From the NCBI GenBank assembly GCA_003971905.1, contig RSEE01000043.1, positions 434,001 to 498,000 on the forward strand: DNA of 64,000 nt. The letters run 5' to 3'. The notes under the pieces are model-generated. The model was given only the letters and a program-made list of their open reading frames with translations. It had not been told where the DNA came from and searched no databases. Positions 24,373-36,948 of this stretch are shown here, piece after piece. Origin of the DNA: Moniliella sp. 'wahieum'. Its lineage: Eukaryota. A program made the translations under genes and the position numbers. Numbering within the stretch: the first letter of the stretch is position 1; each line of letters starts with the position of its first letter.

Positions 24373-27300
24373 ATGTCCTCCTCCAGCTCGCTTCAGTTCG
24401 GCCCCGAGTGGATGCGCAAAGCTCCCCAGAAGCGCTCCCCGACGTCCGGCATGTCCTTTGCCGCCGCCGCCGCCGCCGCCCAGACCCCGCCTTCGCCCGC
24501 TTCGACCCCCGCTCTGCTGCCCGCTGCCGCCGCCGCTGCAGCGGCTGCTGCTGCCCTTGCCACCAGCGCACATCCAACCATCGCGTCCGACCCCAAATCC
24601 CTGCACTCAGCATGTACATGCTCGGGCGCGAGGATTCGTCGGAGGCCGGTGATGCTGCCAGTGGCGCCGAAGCACCCCCCACGCGTACCGGCCTGAACCA
24701 CCCGCGGCCTGAACGCGCGCGGGAGAGTGTCCCCGCCGCCTCCCGCCGATCCTCCTGCGCGCCCCCGCCCCCGTCTCGGCGAGGACAAGCCGCGGTTCCA
24801 AGGCGTACTTGGCGCGCAGATAGGCCGAACTCGTCGAGAGGAGAAAGGTTCGTCTTGGTTGCCCCTCTTGTTTTTGGACGTGAAATCAGCCATACTAACC
24901 CTCACCCCCTCTTCCTACAGCTGACGATCCCATCAACGCACCGTCGTGGCGTTCGTCCCGCTTGGTCAGCCGCTCCCCGGGCTCGCCTGGTGTATCGGGA
25001 TCGGCCTGGGCACGAAGACGAAGCGCGATCGTCTGCCTGGGGAAGGCCCGATGGGTCCAACGCCTGACCACAGCGGTGGATTGGCCGGCGTGCGAAGCCC
25101 TCGCTCTTCCCCCGTGGCAAGGCAGAGAACAAGCCGCCCGACCGAGGACGAGATTGACAACACGTGTCCTTGCAAGCCTGAACTGGAGGACGACCCTCCC
25201 ATGACGCGGAGGCACCCCTCCCTCTGCTCCCGCTGCTCCCCCGCAGCAGGCGCCTGAGTGGAATCCTGCTTCAGCCAGGTGGTTTTACCAGGATGATGGA
25301 GGCAATCTGCAGGTCCCTTTGATGCGCTTTCGATGCAGAGTTGGTTCGACCAGATGTTCTTCCAACCCACCTTACTCCTCCGCCGCGCGGAAGAGACGGT
25401 GCTGCGTCCGCTGAGTGAGCACATGGAGCTGGTTGGGAACAGATCCCAGCCATTCCTTGTGCCGCCGCCCACCAAACCGGTGGCAGCACATGTGCCCATT
25501 GGAGGAGGAGGAGGAGGGCCTGAGTATATCCCTCAGGAACCGTGGCCTGGTGCCCAACCCAACCTCCCTCTGATCCCTTGGCGTCCCTCTTCCCTGCGCC
25601 AGTGCATTTCAACCCGTTGCAGAGTCCCTCCCTTTCTCTGGAACCGCCTGCGAATGGAACAAGAGTTTATGGCGCGTCAACAACACCAGTTTCAGCAGGT
25701 TCTTGGGCCCCAGCATGCCTTTATGGGTCAGCCTTCCTTCCCCCAGCAGCAATGGGGGGCCTGGCCCTCGGTTCCCTCGATCCCCTCGATCCCTTCGGTC
25801 CCTCCTGCCCCTTCGGTTCAGCCTAGTTTCCCCCTTGGCCAAGACCTTGGTTTCCCGTCGACTGGTCTGGAGCAAGCCCTTCGGTCCCTGTGCCCAACCC
25901 AATGTGGGAGCCTTCGTTCCAATCGCCCTCTACCCCGAATCCTATTGGCACCCCGCGGCGCTCGCATAGCCCGCCTGCCAAGCTATTGCCCCACTCCCGC
26001 TTTCACCCGTCGAACCGGGGCAAGAATCTGCCCCGGTCTCTACTCTTTCCCCCCCTGCACCCGGCGCTGCTGCCATTGCAGCCACTCCAATCCCGGCGCC
26101 AGAGGCCGCGCCCGAACCTACACTTGCCCCGCCCTCTCCGCCTGCCCGCCCCGTGCCTGCTTCCGGAAAGGCGTCCACACCTGCACCTGCTCCGGCTGCT
26201 GTTCCGGCTGCTATTCCGGTTCCGGCCCCGGCCCCTGCCCATGCCCATGCCCCTGCCCCTCCCCGGCCCCGGCCCCGGCCCAGCCCCCTCTGCGCACATC
26301 GCCTCGCCCCCTGCCTCGCCCTCTGTCCCGGTTTCTGCGCCAACTTCTGTGCCAGTTCCCGCCTCTGCTCCCCTGCCGCTGTTCCAGCTTCGAAGCCTGC
26401 TGCCGACGTTCCTGTGTCTTCGCCCGTGAGGTGTCTGCCACGCCTGCGCCTGCTCCTGCGCCTATTCCTGTTTTGTCTCTACGGCCGTGCCCGCGTCCGC
26501 CCCCGCTTTGGATGAAAAGGAACAGGAGGAACAGGAACCCATGCAACCTGTGACGAAACGGGGAAAGAAACAGGCTGAACCTGAGCCTGTGCCGGTGCCG
26601 ACGAAATCAAGCTACTTGCCAGGCAACTTGTCGATTCTGACCGAGGAGGAGTTCAAACGTGCAACCGGCACGCTCCCCTTGAGGAAGGTCTCCCGTGGGT
26701 CTCCATTGGGATCGGTTGCGGCGTCAGCATCGCTGCCGGCCAAGCCGGCGCCCTGGGCCTCGGAGGAGAAACGTACGCCCTCAGGCTTGAGTTTGCGCGA
26801 GATCCAAGCTGCTGAACTCAAGGCGGCTGAGGCACGGCGTAAGGCGCCTGCTGGTGTTGCGGTGCGGCTTCGTCCTCAGCAGACTCTGCCGATCCTCAAC
26901 CGGTCATGGGGCCTGGCTTCGGCTCCGAGTGAGCCTGTGCGCGCGACTACCACAGCTTGGACCACGCCCAACAAGGGCAAGAAACCGACCCTGTCGGAAA
27001 TTCAGGAGGAGGAAAAAAAAAGTCCCAGGCCCAGCAGGTGCAGCAGCCTGTCCGCCTTCCTCTTAGCAAGCCCACGACTGTTGCCGCGCCCGCGCCCGCG
27101 GCAGGATGGGCCGTGGTCGGAGCCCAGGGAAAGCCTGCCCCTGCAGTGGAAGAAGATGCCCCCTGCCCGCGTGCCGATCCCGGCTAAGCCGGTGGTGCGC
27201 CGCCCCCCTTCGGCTGCGTCGCCCGAGTTCATTGCACACCTGAAGAGCAGCTGCGTGGTGGCCTGCACAGTGCCCGCCTGGACGACTTTATCGAGGTGCT

Positions 27301-27630
27301 GCTTTCCTTCCCGGTTGATGCTACCCCTGAGACGATGGAGATTATTGCCGAGACGGTGTACGCATCGTCGTCTACGCTCGATGGACGCCGCTTCGCCGCT
27401 GACTTTGTTGCGAAGCGTAAGATGGACCTGGCCCAGCCTGTCGCCTCGCCTGCTCCTCAGGGCCCCGCTCAGGGCAAAAGCAGGCCTACACGGGACCGCC
27501 TCTTGGCGCGACCGCTGGTTTGGTGGGGCGCACCGGGCCGGACCATTCGCGCATCCCTGTTGTCCGTCCTTCTGCCGACACATTCGGTGGGTTCAAGGTG
27601 GTCAAGGGCAAGGGCGGCAAGAAGAAGTGA
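24373..27630 (+). CDS. GYF-domain protein (Smy2/Syh1/GIGYF family)
   Basis: N-terminal FGPEWMR. GYF domain reconstructs as WFYQDDGGNLQ(G)PFDALSMQSWFDQMFF near 25280-25362. Repeated LSLREIQ / PTLSEIQ motifs. C-terminus IAETVYASSSTLDGRRFAADFV...GFKVVKGKGGKKK*. Intron 24848-24920. Confidence 0.85.
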
Positions 27631-27985
27631 ACTGCGAACAGCTCGCCTCGCTCGTCTGCTTAGAGCAGTCCAAAAGCCAATTATCATGAGATATCTGCAT
27701 CAGCCGACCAGACTTTCAATACGCTAGCCTTGTATCGCCGTAGCACCACGTCCCCCCTCGCCGACCACAAGGGGAGGTGAAAGTGATGATAAAGAGACCT
27801 CTGTCAATAGTGGTCACCGGTCAACTCCATATCATAAGCCGGTCGCGCCGATTCCTTGGAGGGGGTACGTGCGCTGGGTTATGTAATCAGCCCCCCGATT
27901 GTCACCAGTGGCCTGGCTAGCTCCACTTGAAGCTGTGGAAGCTCGAATTGGCCTTGGTCTTCAAGACTCCACCACCACCTTCGCC

Positions 27986-29066
27986 ATGAACTACATCTCG
28001 TGCGTTCCCTAATCTCCTCCGCCTCCCACGCGCACGCTGACCCTTTGCAGAACTGGAGAAGCTGGGTGAGGGCACGTACGCGACGGTGTACAAGGGCCGT
28101 TCCCGGCGGACAGGGGAGATTGTGGCGCTCAAAGAGATCCACTTGGACGCAGAGGAAGGTACACCCTCCACTGCCATTCGCGAGATCAGTCTGATGAAGG
28201 AGTTGCGGCACCCCAATATCCTTCGGCTCTACGATGTCATCCATACCGAGACCAAGCTGATGCTCGTGTTTGAGTTTATGGATCTCGATTTGAAAAAGTA
28301 CATGGACCTGCATGGAGATCATGGAGCGCTTGATCCCGCCGTCGTGCGCAACTTTATGTTCCAGCTCTTGCGTGGGACTGCGTTCTGTCATGAAAACCGC
28401 GTGTTGCACCGGGACCTCAAACCGCAGAATTTGCTGATCAACAAGGCGGGCCAACTCAAGTTGGCTGACTTTGGTCGGCCCGTGCATTTGGCATCCCTGT
28501 CAATACGTTTAGCAATGAGGTGGTCACGCTCTGGTACCGTGCACCCGATGTCTTGCTGGGCTCGCGTACCTACTCACCTCGATTGACATTTGGTCGGCTG
28601 GGTGCATCTTTGCCGAAATGATTACTGGCTACCCGCTCTTCCAAGGACGGGACAACAACGACCAGCTTCAGCACATCTTCAACATCCTCGGCACCCCGGA
28701 TGAGACTACGATCCGGAGGATGATCCATGATACGGTACGTTGGACATTGGTACCAGGCCCATAAGGTTCTGAGAGCAGAGGATAGACTACTGACGATGCC
28801 GATGCGTGAATACCGGCAGCGGAGATCCAGAGCTCGCTACGGAACTTCACGAGACATGCGCCCGTGCCGTTCACGCAACTTTTCCGCAAGGCCCATCCAC
28901 TGGCCATTGATCTACTGGAAAAGCTGCTCAAGTTTGATCCGACCCAGCGGCTGAGCGCGGAAGAGGCTCTCCGCCACCCGTACTTCACCACCTCGGATGC
29001 ACTTGCTCCTGTGTCCGCTGCCAGCCGGCCACGGAACGAGTGGCAGCCGCCGGCGCGGGGGTGTAG
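27986..29066 (+). CDS. PHO85: Cyclin-dependent kinase Pho85
   Basis: [73 protein letters not shown]. Introns 28000-28050 and 28735-28819. Stop position approximate. Confidence 0.95.
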
Positions 29067-29239
29067 CAAAGCGGTTGGTACGCATTCCGTTTCCCACATT
29101 ATCTCGTGCAAGATATGGATCGTTTGGAAGAGGAGCGTTTGTGATCCCTCGAGCGTCGGGCAGACAGCTGGTTACTTGAAACATAGCACGTCCGGACTCT
29201 ACTGCAGGCCGACTAGTGTTAACTGCTGAACTGACGCGA

Positions 29240-30342
29240 GCTTTCCTTGGGCTAGAGCCCAACCAGTCTTCGGGTGCTAATAGCAATCTTGAGAGAGGCA
29301 AGGAGAACACGTATCATAAACCCCAATAACTGATCACACTTGTGTCCGGGGCATTACCTAGGGCTGGTTCGCGCATTCGTTCGACTCGCCTGTCTGGGAG
29401 GGCGAAGAGGGGCTCAGGCCCGGAGCGGTCAGACAGGCTTTGCATTTTCTTCAAACGGCACATTATAACGGGTGTAGCGCAAGGCCGAGTTTGAGCATCG
29501 GTAGGTCTCTCTCTTCATGCTAGTCATCGCTCTACCTTTGTTTCCCTTTCTGATCGAATGTTGATAGTACACCCGTATGCCTGTTGGACCCTCACTAATG
29601 ATCATCACCTGGCAATGTTACAAGAGTGGCAGTGATTGAAAACGGCGGTCCCCTCACAGATTATCTGGGCGAATCGTTCGACAAGCGCATGGCGTCTGGG
29701 CAGCTTACGGGCATGGACCTCCCTTCCTGGGTTTACAAGCCGAAGAGTCCAGCACACGAAAACGGTAGGAGCAGCGAATCGGATCCCAACAAACAAAGGC
29801 GGCCTGAGAACAGCCAATCTTCTCGAACTGATGCGGCAAATGAACATGGCTTATTTGAAGAGCCCCAACCCTTCGTATCATCTTCCAAGGCGTTGAAAGG
29901 GGGTTTCTCTAAATTCACAGTGAACAGCTATCTTTCGAGCGTGGGCGGACTCCACCATTCCAACACTCCCAGCATGACAGCAAGAGGGGTATCAGTGGTT
30001 GGAAGCTTTCCCGAAATCCCCCCGTAAGAGCCAGCATACCAGAAGCGTTGTGGTGTGCAGGCGCAAGACTAATGGCAAGACGCACAGACGAACGATATCA
30101 AAGCCGCCTAAATGGTTGTGCGAGGCGGCCCCGTTCCGCCCTGTTCCACCCCTGTTCCGCCCCTCCCTGTTGCGCCTCCGGGCGGCCTGCCCCTGACTGC
30201 ATCCACACCATTCCTCCCTTGCCTTGCTCGCCTCCCACATGGTGGCGAGGGAGGTTTCTCCCCAATCTCCTTAACCGCTCGGCATTGCCTCAATGGGCTG
30301 GCCTGGTTACGAGACGGTGTGGGGGTTAGGGAGGCCCTGTGA
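29240..30342 (+). CDS. Hypothetical spliced gene of unknown function
   Basis: Two intron-like segments (29311-29361 GTATCA..CTGAT..TAG; 29501-29567 GTAGGT..CTGAT..TAG) followed by a 133-aa ORF (29626-30027) and a Pro-rich ORF (30112-30342). Confidence 0.35.
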
Positions 30343-32109
30343 TGCATGTGAGCGTCAGAGCACAGCGCACAGCCTTGAGCGGGACCTCGGCGGCTCCGAT
30401 GAGAAGTGACTAGTGATGCATGATGTCACAGGTGCTCTGAGGCATCGACATTTAACGTATTTAACGTTTACCGTTTAACACTCTGCACTCTGTACTGAGC
30501 CACAGTTCTCGGTTGGATCGATCGAGGGGATCGATGGCGAGAGTCCTCGGTCCAAAGTACAAGCGCAGAGCACAGCCGCATTCTGCCGCATTCCGCAGCC
30601 ACGGTGTATCAAACGCCATTCTAGTCACTGGTCGGTAATTGGTCCCCCACCCGTCGGGCGGTGGCAGCGATTGCTGCGGTGGAGCGCAGACAGTAGGACG
30701 GCGTAGCCCTGGGTCTTCAAGCTTTAAAAGCTAGCCTATGACGTTGTGGCAGTGCTGTACAGCACTGCTATGGCCTGCTGGGGCAGGCGTGGCGAAAAGT
30801 CCCAGTCACCTAGTCACCGCCCACATGCCACATGTCACACGTGCTAGTTACTAGCTTCGCTCCAAACCGTGTTTCAGGTACGTATCTAATCAAAATCTAA
30901 TCGCGACTGCTTCTGACTGCGTCTGAGGATCTGGGACGTCAGACCCTCAGGCCTCAAGCCCTCAGGCTCAGGTGTTCAACGTTCACGTAGACTGAGGTGC
31001 CCAGGCAGTGCTGAGCCGGACTGAGCCGGGCTGAGGCGCGGATGTTGACTGTGATCCTCTGGCTCCCAGTCGGTAGACCAGGTTCGCCTCGGTTCCATCG
31101 GCTTCCACGCTGACGTCCCTGCGTGTCACTGTCCCTGTGCCCTGCACTCTCTCCTGTGTGCACTGTCCCTGTGCCTAGTCCAGCCTCCTATATAGATGCC
31201 TCTGTACCCAGACCCAACTCTGGCTCCAATCCATCACCTTTCCTCATCCTTCTGCCCGTCCGGCTCCCTAGGCCAACAGCGGAGGCGTCAGCTTCAAGCA
31301 AGCTTCAAGTTTCAACCTGAATGAGCTAATACTTCCTTCAACAAGTACCCGGCCTCTTCGGCATGACGCATGCGCGCGGACGGAAACATGTGAGCTTGGC
31401 AGCGCGAGCTTTTCCTTGCGCCCGGCCGTCTAGAAGAGCGCTACCCGAGAACCTCCGTCGCTCGTCCTATCCTGATAGAGCCCCTTCTTAGCCATCATCC
31501 GCAAAGCAGTTCAGCTGGATTGCTCGGCTTGCCATCCGTACGCCCCGTTCTCATATAGGCTACCCTCGGCACCTGGCACGGATACTGTCGGGAGTTACTT
31601 TTTATATCGCCGAGTGGTTCCAATCCACCGCAGCCTTGCTGAGCATTTTGGATATATTACACAGGTTGTATAGACCAGCACTGATAGAAATGGTTCATGA
31701 CGAGACGAACAGAAGAGGTGGTTATCCGCTAGGCCTGTCGGACTCTGAGCCAGAGATACCTCCGACAATCTCGGGCGCGTCGACGGTGCCGTACAGCAAC
31801 AACTCCGCCCTGCCGCGACGAGCCCGCATTGTAATTGGGCAGCCCGGCTGGCCAGAGCTGGCCTGGCAGGCCTAGCCGGCCCTTACCCCACACACTGTGT
31901 GCTTTGGTCGTCGGACTCGCGCGTCGTTAGGCAGGGGGGCTGTGTGTACGTCGTTGCAGCCTGATCACCGGACTGCACTGTGTCATCGGTCAGCGTCAAC
32001 AACCGCAACGTGAGTCAGGCGTTGGCCAGACCAAGTTAAATAACCTTGGCTACATTGGCCCTCAGACCTATGCCCCCCCCCCCCCCCCTTCCCCCTCCCT
32101 CCTCCCATC

Positions 32110-33191
32110 ATGGCTCAACCCCACCCCTTTCTGCTGGAAGACAACCTCATGTCCACCCTCTTCCCCGACATGCCCTTGGAACAGGAGGAACATCTCCAGA
32201 GTCCGGACACGATTCCTGCCGACTCACAGGCCTGGCCCGTCCTGTCCTCTCGGCCATGTCAACATCGACGTCCGCTATGGTGCAGCCACACGCTCTAGAA
32301 GGGTTTAGCCCCATAATTACTCCCTTTCTTCTATCTCCGGAGAGTGCCAAGGCGGGGCTGCCTGCACATGCAGCGCTGCTGGGCAGTCCGCTGATGCTCG
32401 CAGCTCCCACGTCGCCCACGAATAGCCCTCTTCCCGTTGCGGGCACGAATCTCAACCCACTTTGTTCTGTGGCCCACACGTCCTCCACATCCCCCTCGTA
32501 TCCTGTGCCGCTGACAGGGTATAATCACCCAGTTCCAGCAAGTGTGGCGCAGCTGTCGGATGAGCTTGCGGCACTCGATGTTTCGTTTCCGTGGGTCACC
32601 GAACCTGTACACGTGGACTCTCAGCTTTTGCTGAATCGCGGGTTGAGGATGAGGATACTGCCCTGGCAACTTGGGATTTGCTACTCAACTCTACCCTCAG
32701 CACGTCCTGCCGCTCCCTTCCCCCGTCCCCCTCTCTCCGGGGATGGGGGAGGGCACTCCAAGCCTCCTGCCGTGGCTCTCCTCTTCTGGGATTTACACCT
32801 AAAGAGACGCCTCTATCTGTACTCTCTACTCCCACCTCGGCATCTCCGTACTGAACAGGCCTTCTGTCCAGCGCAAGACTTCTCTCAAGCAGGGCAACAG
32901 CACCCGTCTGCAGCGAACCAGGTCGGCCCCGTACAAAACTCGGGACCGGCTCTACCAATGCCCTGACTGCCACTGGGGTTTGAGCGAGTGTCTAATCTAC
33001 ACCAGCACATGCAGGTGCACAACCCCGAACGGGAGCGACCTTGGCAGTGTCCCATTCCTTGGTGCAGGCATGCATTTGCTCGGCGGCACGATGCGCAGCG
33101 ACACTGTCTCTCGCGGCACGTAAAGCGCGAGCTTCTCCAGCAGCAGCATCTGGACCTCATCCTGGCTATGTTTCCCAACCTCTCTCCCTGA
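32110..33191 (+). CDS. C2H2 zinc-finger transcription factor (two C-terminal fingers)
   Basis: YQCPDC..GFERVSNLHQHMQVH, then NPERERP linker, then WQCPIPWCRHAFARRHDAQRHCLSRH. Ser/Pro-rich N-terminus over several shifted frames. Start uncertain. Confidence 0.75.
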
Positions 33192-33881
33192 CTCGGCTGG
33201 GTTTGCACACTTCGCTTTCCCCCCCATCAGAATTTGTCGATGGGCGCGCGCTGGGACCGGCCCCAAGGTACCTTTTCTCGTTTCCTTCTCGCCTATTATG
33301 TACCACCACGCTTTCCAGCCCCCGCTGACTGGGCCCACGGTTTATCACGAGGAGCAGCTCGGGCCCATCACTACTACTTGCCCGTGTATTCGCCCTTGAT
33401 GTTTCCCCCCCTGTTCCAACTCTATGCCACAATGTGTATATGCATACCCCAGCACCACACCCCCAAACTCGAGTCAACGATTCATCTCTCTTACGTGCAT
33501 GTTGTTTCCCACGCCTGTTGCCATGGCCGACAATTGATGTCTCTTGTGTCCTCCATTTCCACAACCCCTTCGCCTGCTCGAATGAGGCCGTCCCACAAGT
33601 ACCCGGGCTCGACCAGAAAGAGGATGGCGGCGTCGAATGTCGCTGTGGGCGTAATACAAAAGTTGCTAGGATATCTGGGCCAGTAATACACAGCAGGTGC
33701 AATTTCGTAAGAGAGCTTGAGCTTGAAAGTAGCCCGAATCGTTTGAAATGTTGTCATCTGCGCATTACGTCACCGCGAGGTGCGCGGCAGTCGGGCAAGA
33801 GCGTCAGCGTCAGCGGAGCGGAGCCTTGGCACCCACACGTCACGCCGCCACCACCCCCACCCTCACCACCACACGCCCATC

Positions 33882-34789
33882 ATGTCTAGTGCCGAAGAGA
33901 TGCTGCGTATGGGGGACAAGAAGGTCAAGTCATCCACCGGATGGTTCAGCAACAAGCAGTCCAGCCTGGAGGATGCCGCTGAGCTGTACAAGGCGGCTGG
34001 GAACAAGTTTCGACTGGACAAGCGGTACGAGGAGAGCGGACACGCTTTCATGAAGGCCGCCGAAACGGAGGAGTCGAGTGGCCAGCCAGAGTTGCCAGCA
34101 CGACTTACTGGGAGGCCAGCAAGGTTTTCAAACTGGTCCGTCCGAACTTGCGGTGGCCGCGCTGGACAAGACTGTGTCCTCTTGCTCGCCAAGGCAAGTT
34201 CCGCCAAGCGGCCGATCGTCAAAAGGCGATCGCTGAGCTGCTCAAGAACGAGGCCCAGGACCCTGAGAAGGCTCTGGCTGCATACCTTCAAGCGTCGGAC
34301 TGGTACCTTCAAGAAGGCGCAAAGGCGTATGTGCCCCCCTTCCTGCCCACTGCGAGAATATGTGCTGATATGATGTGACAGCACGGCCTCAGGCTGTCTG
34401 CGCGAAGCAGGGCAGCTCGCTGCCGAGACTGGACAGTATCCCAAGCGGTCGAGCAATGGAGGAGAAGGTGGCAAGCATGAGCCTCGAGTCCAATCTGACG
34501 CGCTACAGTGTCAAGGACTATTACTTGAATGCGGGTCTGTGCTACCTTGCCATTCCCGACTTTGTTGCCTGCGGACGCGCGATGGAGTTTACGCCAGCAA
34601 GACCCGGCGTTCCCCCCACTATGGAAGGCAGATTCCTGAATTCGGTCTCGAGGCTGCGAGGCCGGTGACCTGGAAAACTTTGATGCGATCGTTCAGGACT
34701 TTGATCGCACCAAGCGCTTTGCCGGGTGGCAGACCAATCTGCTGATTGAGATCCGCAAGGGACTGCAGCAGGAGCCAGACTTGTCTTGA
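33882..34789 (+). CDS. SEC17: Alpha-SNAP, vesicular fusion protein Sec17
   Basis: MSSAEEMLRMGDKKVKSSTGWFS, LEDAAELYKAAGNKFRL, GKFRQAADRQKAIAE, SNLTRYSVKDYYLNAGLCYLA, C-terminal QQEPDLS*. Intron 34327-34381. Confidence 0.93.
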
Positions 34790-34882
34790 TTTCATTCTCT
34801 AACGTGCTCTCCTACGTTAGCTCGTTCGGTTGCGTCATAGTCCTTTGCTTGCGTTCATAGCCGGTTAGGTCAACAGCACTGT

Positions 34883-35950
34883 CTATTCGTCCGAGTCTGA
34901 TGCCAGCGCACGCCGGAACGCGCGACGTTTGCGGACCACTCGGGTGTTTCGGGGTTCTCAACGTGCGCGTACGGCGCTTGCGTGGGTCATCGAGCCTGCC
35001 TCGCTGTCCGAGGCATCCCCGGCTCGACTAGGGAGGCCAGCATCCTGCTCCCCGTGCCTCGGCCTCAGACCCGCATCCGAGCCGGCATCAGGACCCACCC
35101 GACCCCAATGTCGGCCAGCTCAGACTGGAATTCACGCTGTGCCTTGATTTTCTGCGCTTGTCTTTGCTCAGTCTCCCCGTCTGGTCTCGTCAGTCAGAAC
35201 TCGTCCCCGGTCCGTTTGCACAACCCAAAAGAGGGGGGAGGCACATACCATACCAAGCTCAGCAGAAAATCTTGAGAACCTTGACCTGTTTGCGGAGGAC
35301 CATCTCGTCTGGTTTCTCTCCCTTGGGCGCGCCTGCGCCCCGGTCTGTAAAAAACGTTTGCCACCGTTGCGCACGCCACCAAGCCAAGACATAGCTTTTG
35401 AGTCGTGCCATTCCGCCTCTGTACCCTTACTATCCCCCTTGCCCGTAGCCTTGCGTGACGTCGTCCCCTCCTTACTCTTGGACTTTGCGTTCTTGCCCGC
35501 CGAGCACGCTCACTTCTTTCTCCTCGGGTTCCGAATCCAGCTCCGAGTCTGGGCGCAGATTATCCTTAGCGATAGGAAGGGCGGGCACATCCTCTTTTCT
35601 CCGGTTCGGATCCTTCCTCCTCGGCACTGGGTCGGTTGGGAAAGGCGATGTGCTGTCGGCGATCGTGGAGCGCTCGTATCCCCATCCTCTTCTGACTCGC
35701 AGGGCACTTGCTCCGGCTCGCTTTCGCCAACAGGCCCCTCTCCTTCCGCAGGGGGCTGCAGCGCTTGCTCCACGATGCGCGTGGTGGTGGCGCGGACAAA
35801 CTCTTTAATGTGGGATCCTTGAGCACCGCGGGCTCCAGATCCAGCCGCTCGAAGCTGGCGCTTCACGTCGCGCAAACTAAAATGCTCCAGCACTGGGTCG
35901 TCAATGCAGGCGGCGCGAATGATGGCCTCATCTCGCGGCCAGCGCAGCAT
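34883..35950 (-). CDS. HIRIP3-like protein with a CHZ histone-chaperone-type domain
   Basis: Reconstructed LKSYVLA.GVR.RW...QVKVLKI..ELGM-GRLS....KIKAQREFQSELADI resembles the HIRIP3/CHZ pattern. DEK-C-like N-terminus (FSLRDVKRQL), acidic and basic linkers, ends ALASDSDE*. Confidence 0.6.
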
Positions 35951-36948
35951 CGGTAGGGTGGGCAGACATGGCCTAGGGTGGTGTGTGGCGGGCGGAGTAG
36001 GGTGGGTAAAGGGGGCTGGGCGAGGTAAGCTGGACAGTAGCGGGGTTGCAACAGTAGTGGGGCAGGTGGTGGCTCGCGCCCTACGTTGGACCACAGCTTT
36101 CGGAGATGAGGACATGACCAGGACGGCGCGATTGAAACGCGTCGCGTTTTCTAGCAGCAGCAGCAGGGCAGTCTGTCTGTCCCCCTCTCTTTTGGCGATT
36201 AAAAAGGCTGGCGCGTTTTTTGCCAATTGGACATGCGCCCTGGGGTGTGAGAGGCAGCTGACGCACCTATTGCCTTACAACCCAAGTACCAGGGACGCAC
36301 TCAGAGCCACTTCCTTCGCGTCCTGAGCCTGATGACGCGAGGGTACTATACCACCAACATTGCGCCACGATGTCTTTTTGAGCACCAGTAGAGAAACAAG
36401 CTTCGCTACTGATGAGTCTCATTTTTGTGGAGATCGATGGTTCATCACCCACATGTCTACCCATTCATTATTACTATGCACTCGAGCTCCACCTGGCTTG
36501 GAAGGGAATGGTTCGAGCTAGATGCTCTGATGTGTTTGACGGCGCCGTGGTTTACTTCTTATAGCAGCACAAACGTCCCGGTGAATGAGCGAGCTCACTG
36601 TGGTATAGGCACGTTGTTCTTATCTTCGTTTCGGTCTCGTTCGAATGCAAGAGTAAGGAATAGGGAAGCAGGCCTGATAACTTTCATAGAATGAGCGGAT
36701 AAAGGTGGGGACCCGAACTGTTCTCGCCTCTCGTCCCTCCTCCCTTTCGTGCAGGTAAATGAATATTGCGCACTAGCCAGCTGCGAGCCCAATGTAGACA
36801 GCCGTGGTTCCGCTGGTTCCGCTCAATTTTATGTTGCACCGACACCCATCCTTTGGTCTGTCCTGGCCAGCTCCATCCCTTTCATCCCATCCCCTGGTCT
36901 TCTGCCTGCACACTCTGGCCGCTTCCTTTCCCCTGCTGCGCTCGAGCC

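Noticed and set aside
23400..27700. Many long overlapping antisense and alternative-frame ORFs (also 38300-39900, 54669-56081, 61400-62300)
   Set aside because: Expected in very GC-rich DNA and opposite real genes. They have low-complexity Arg/Gly/Ala/Pro composition and no domains.
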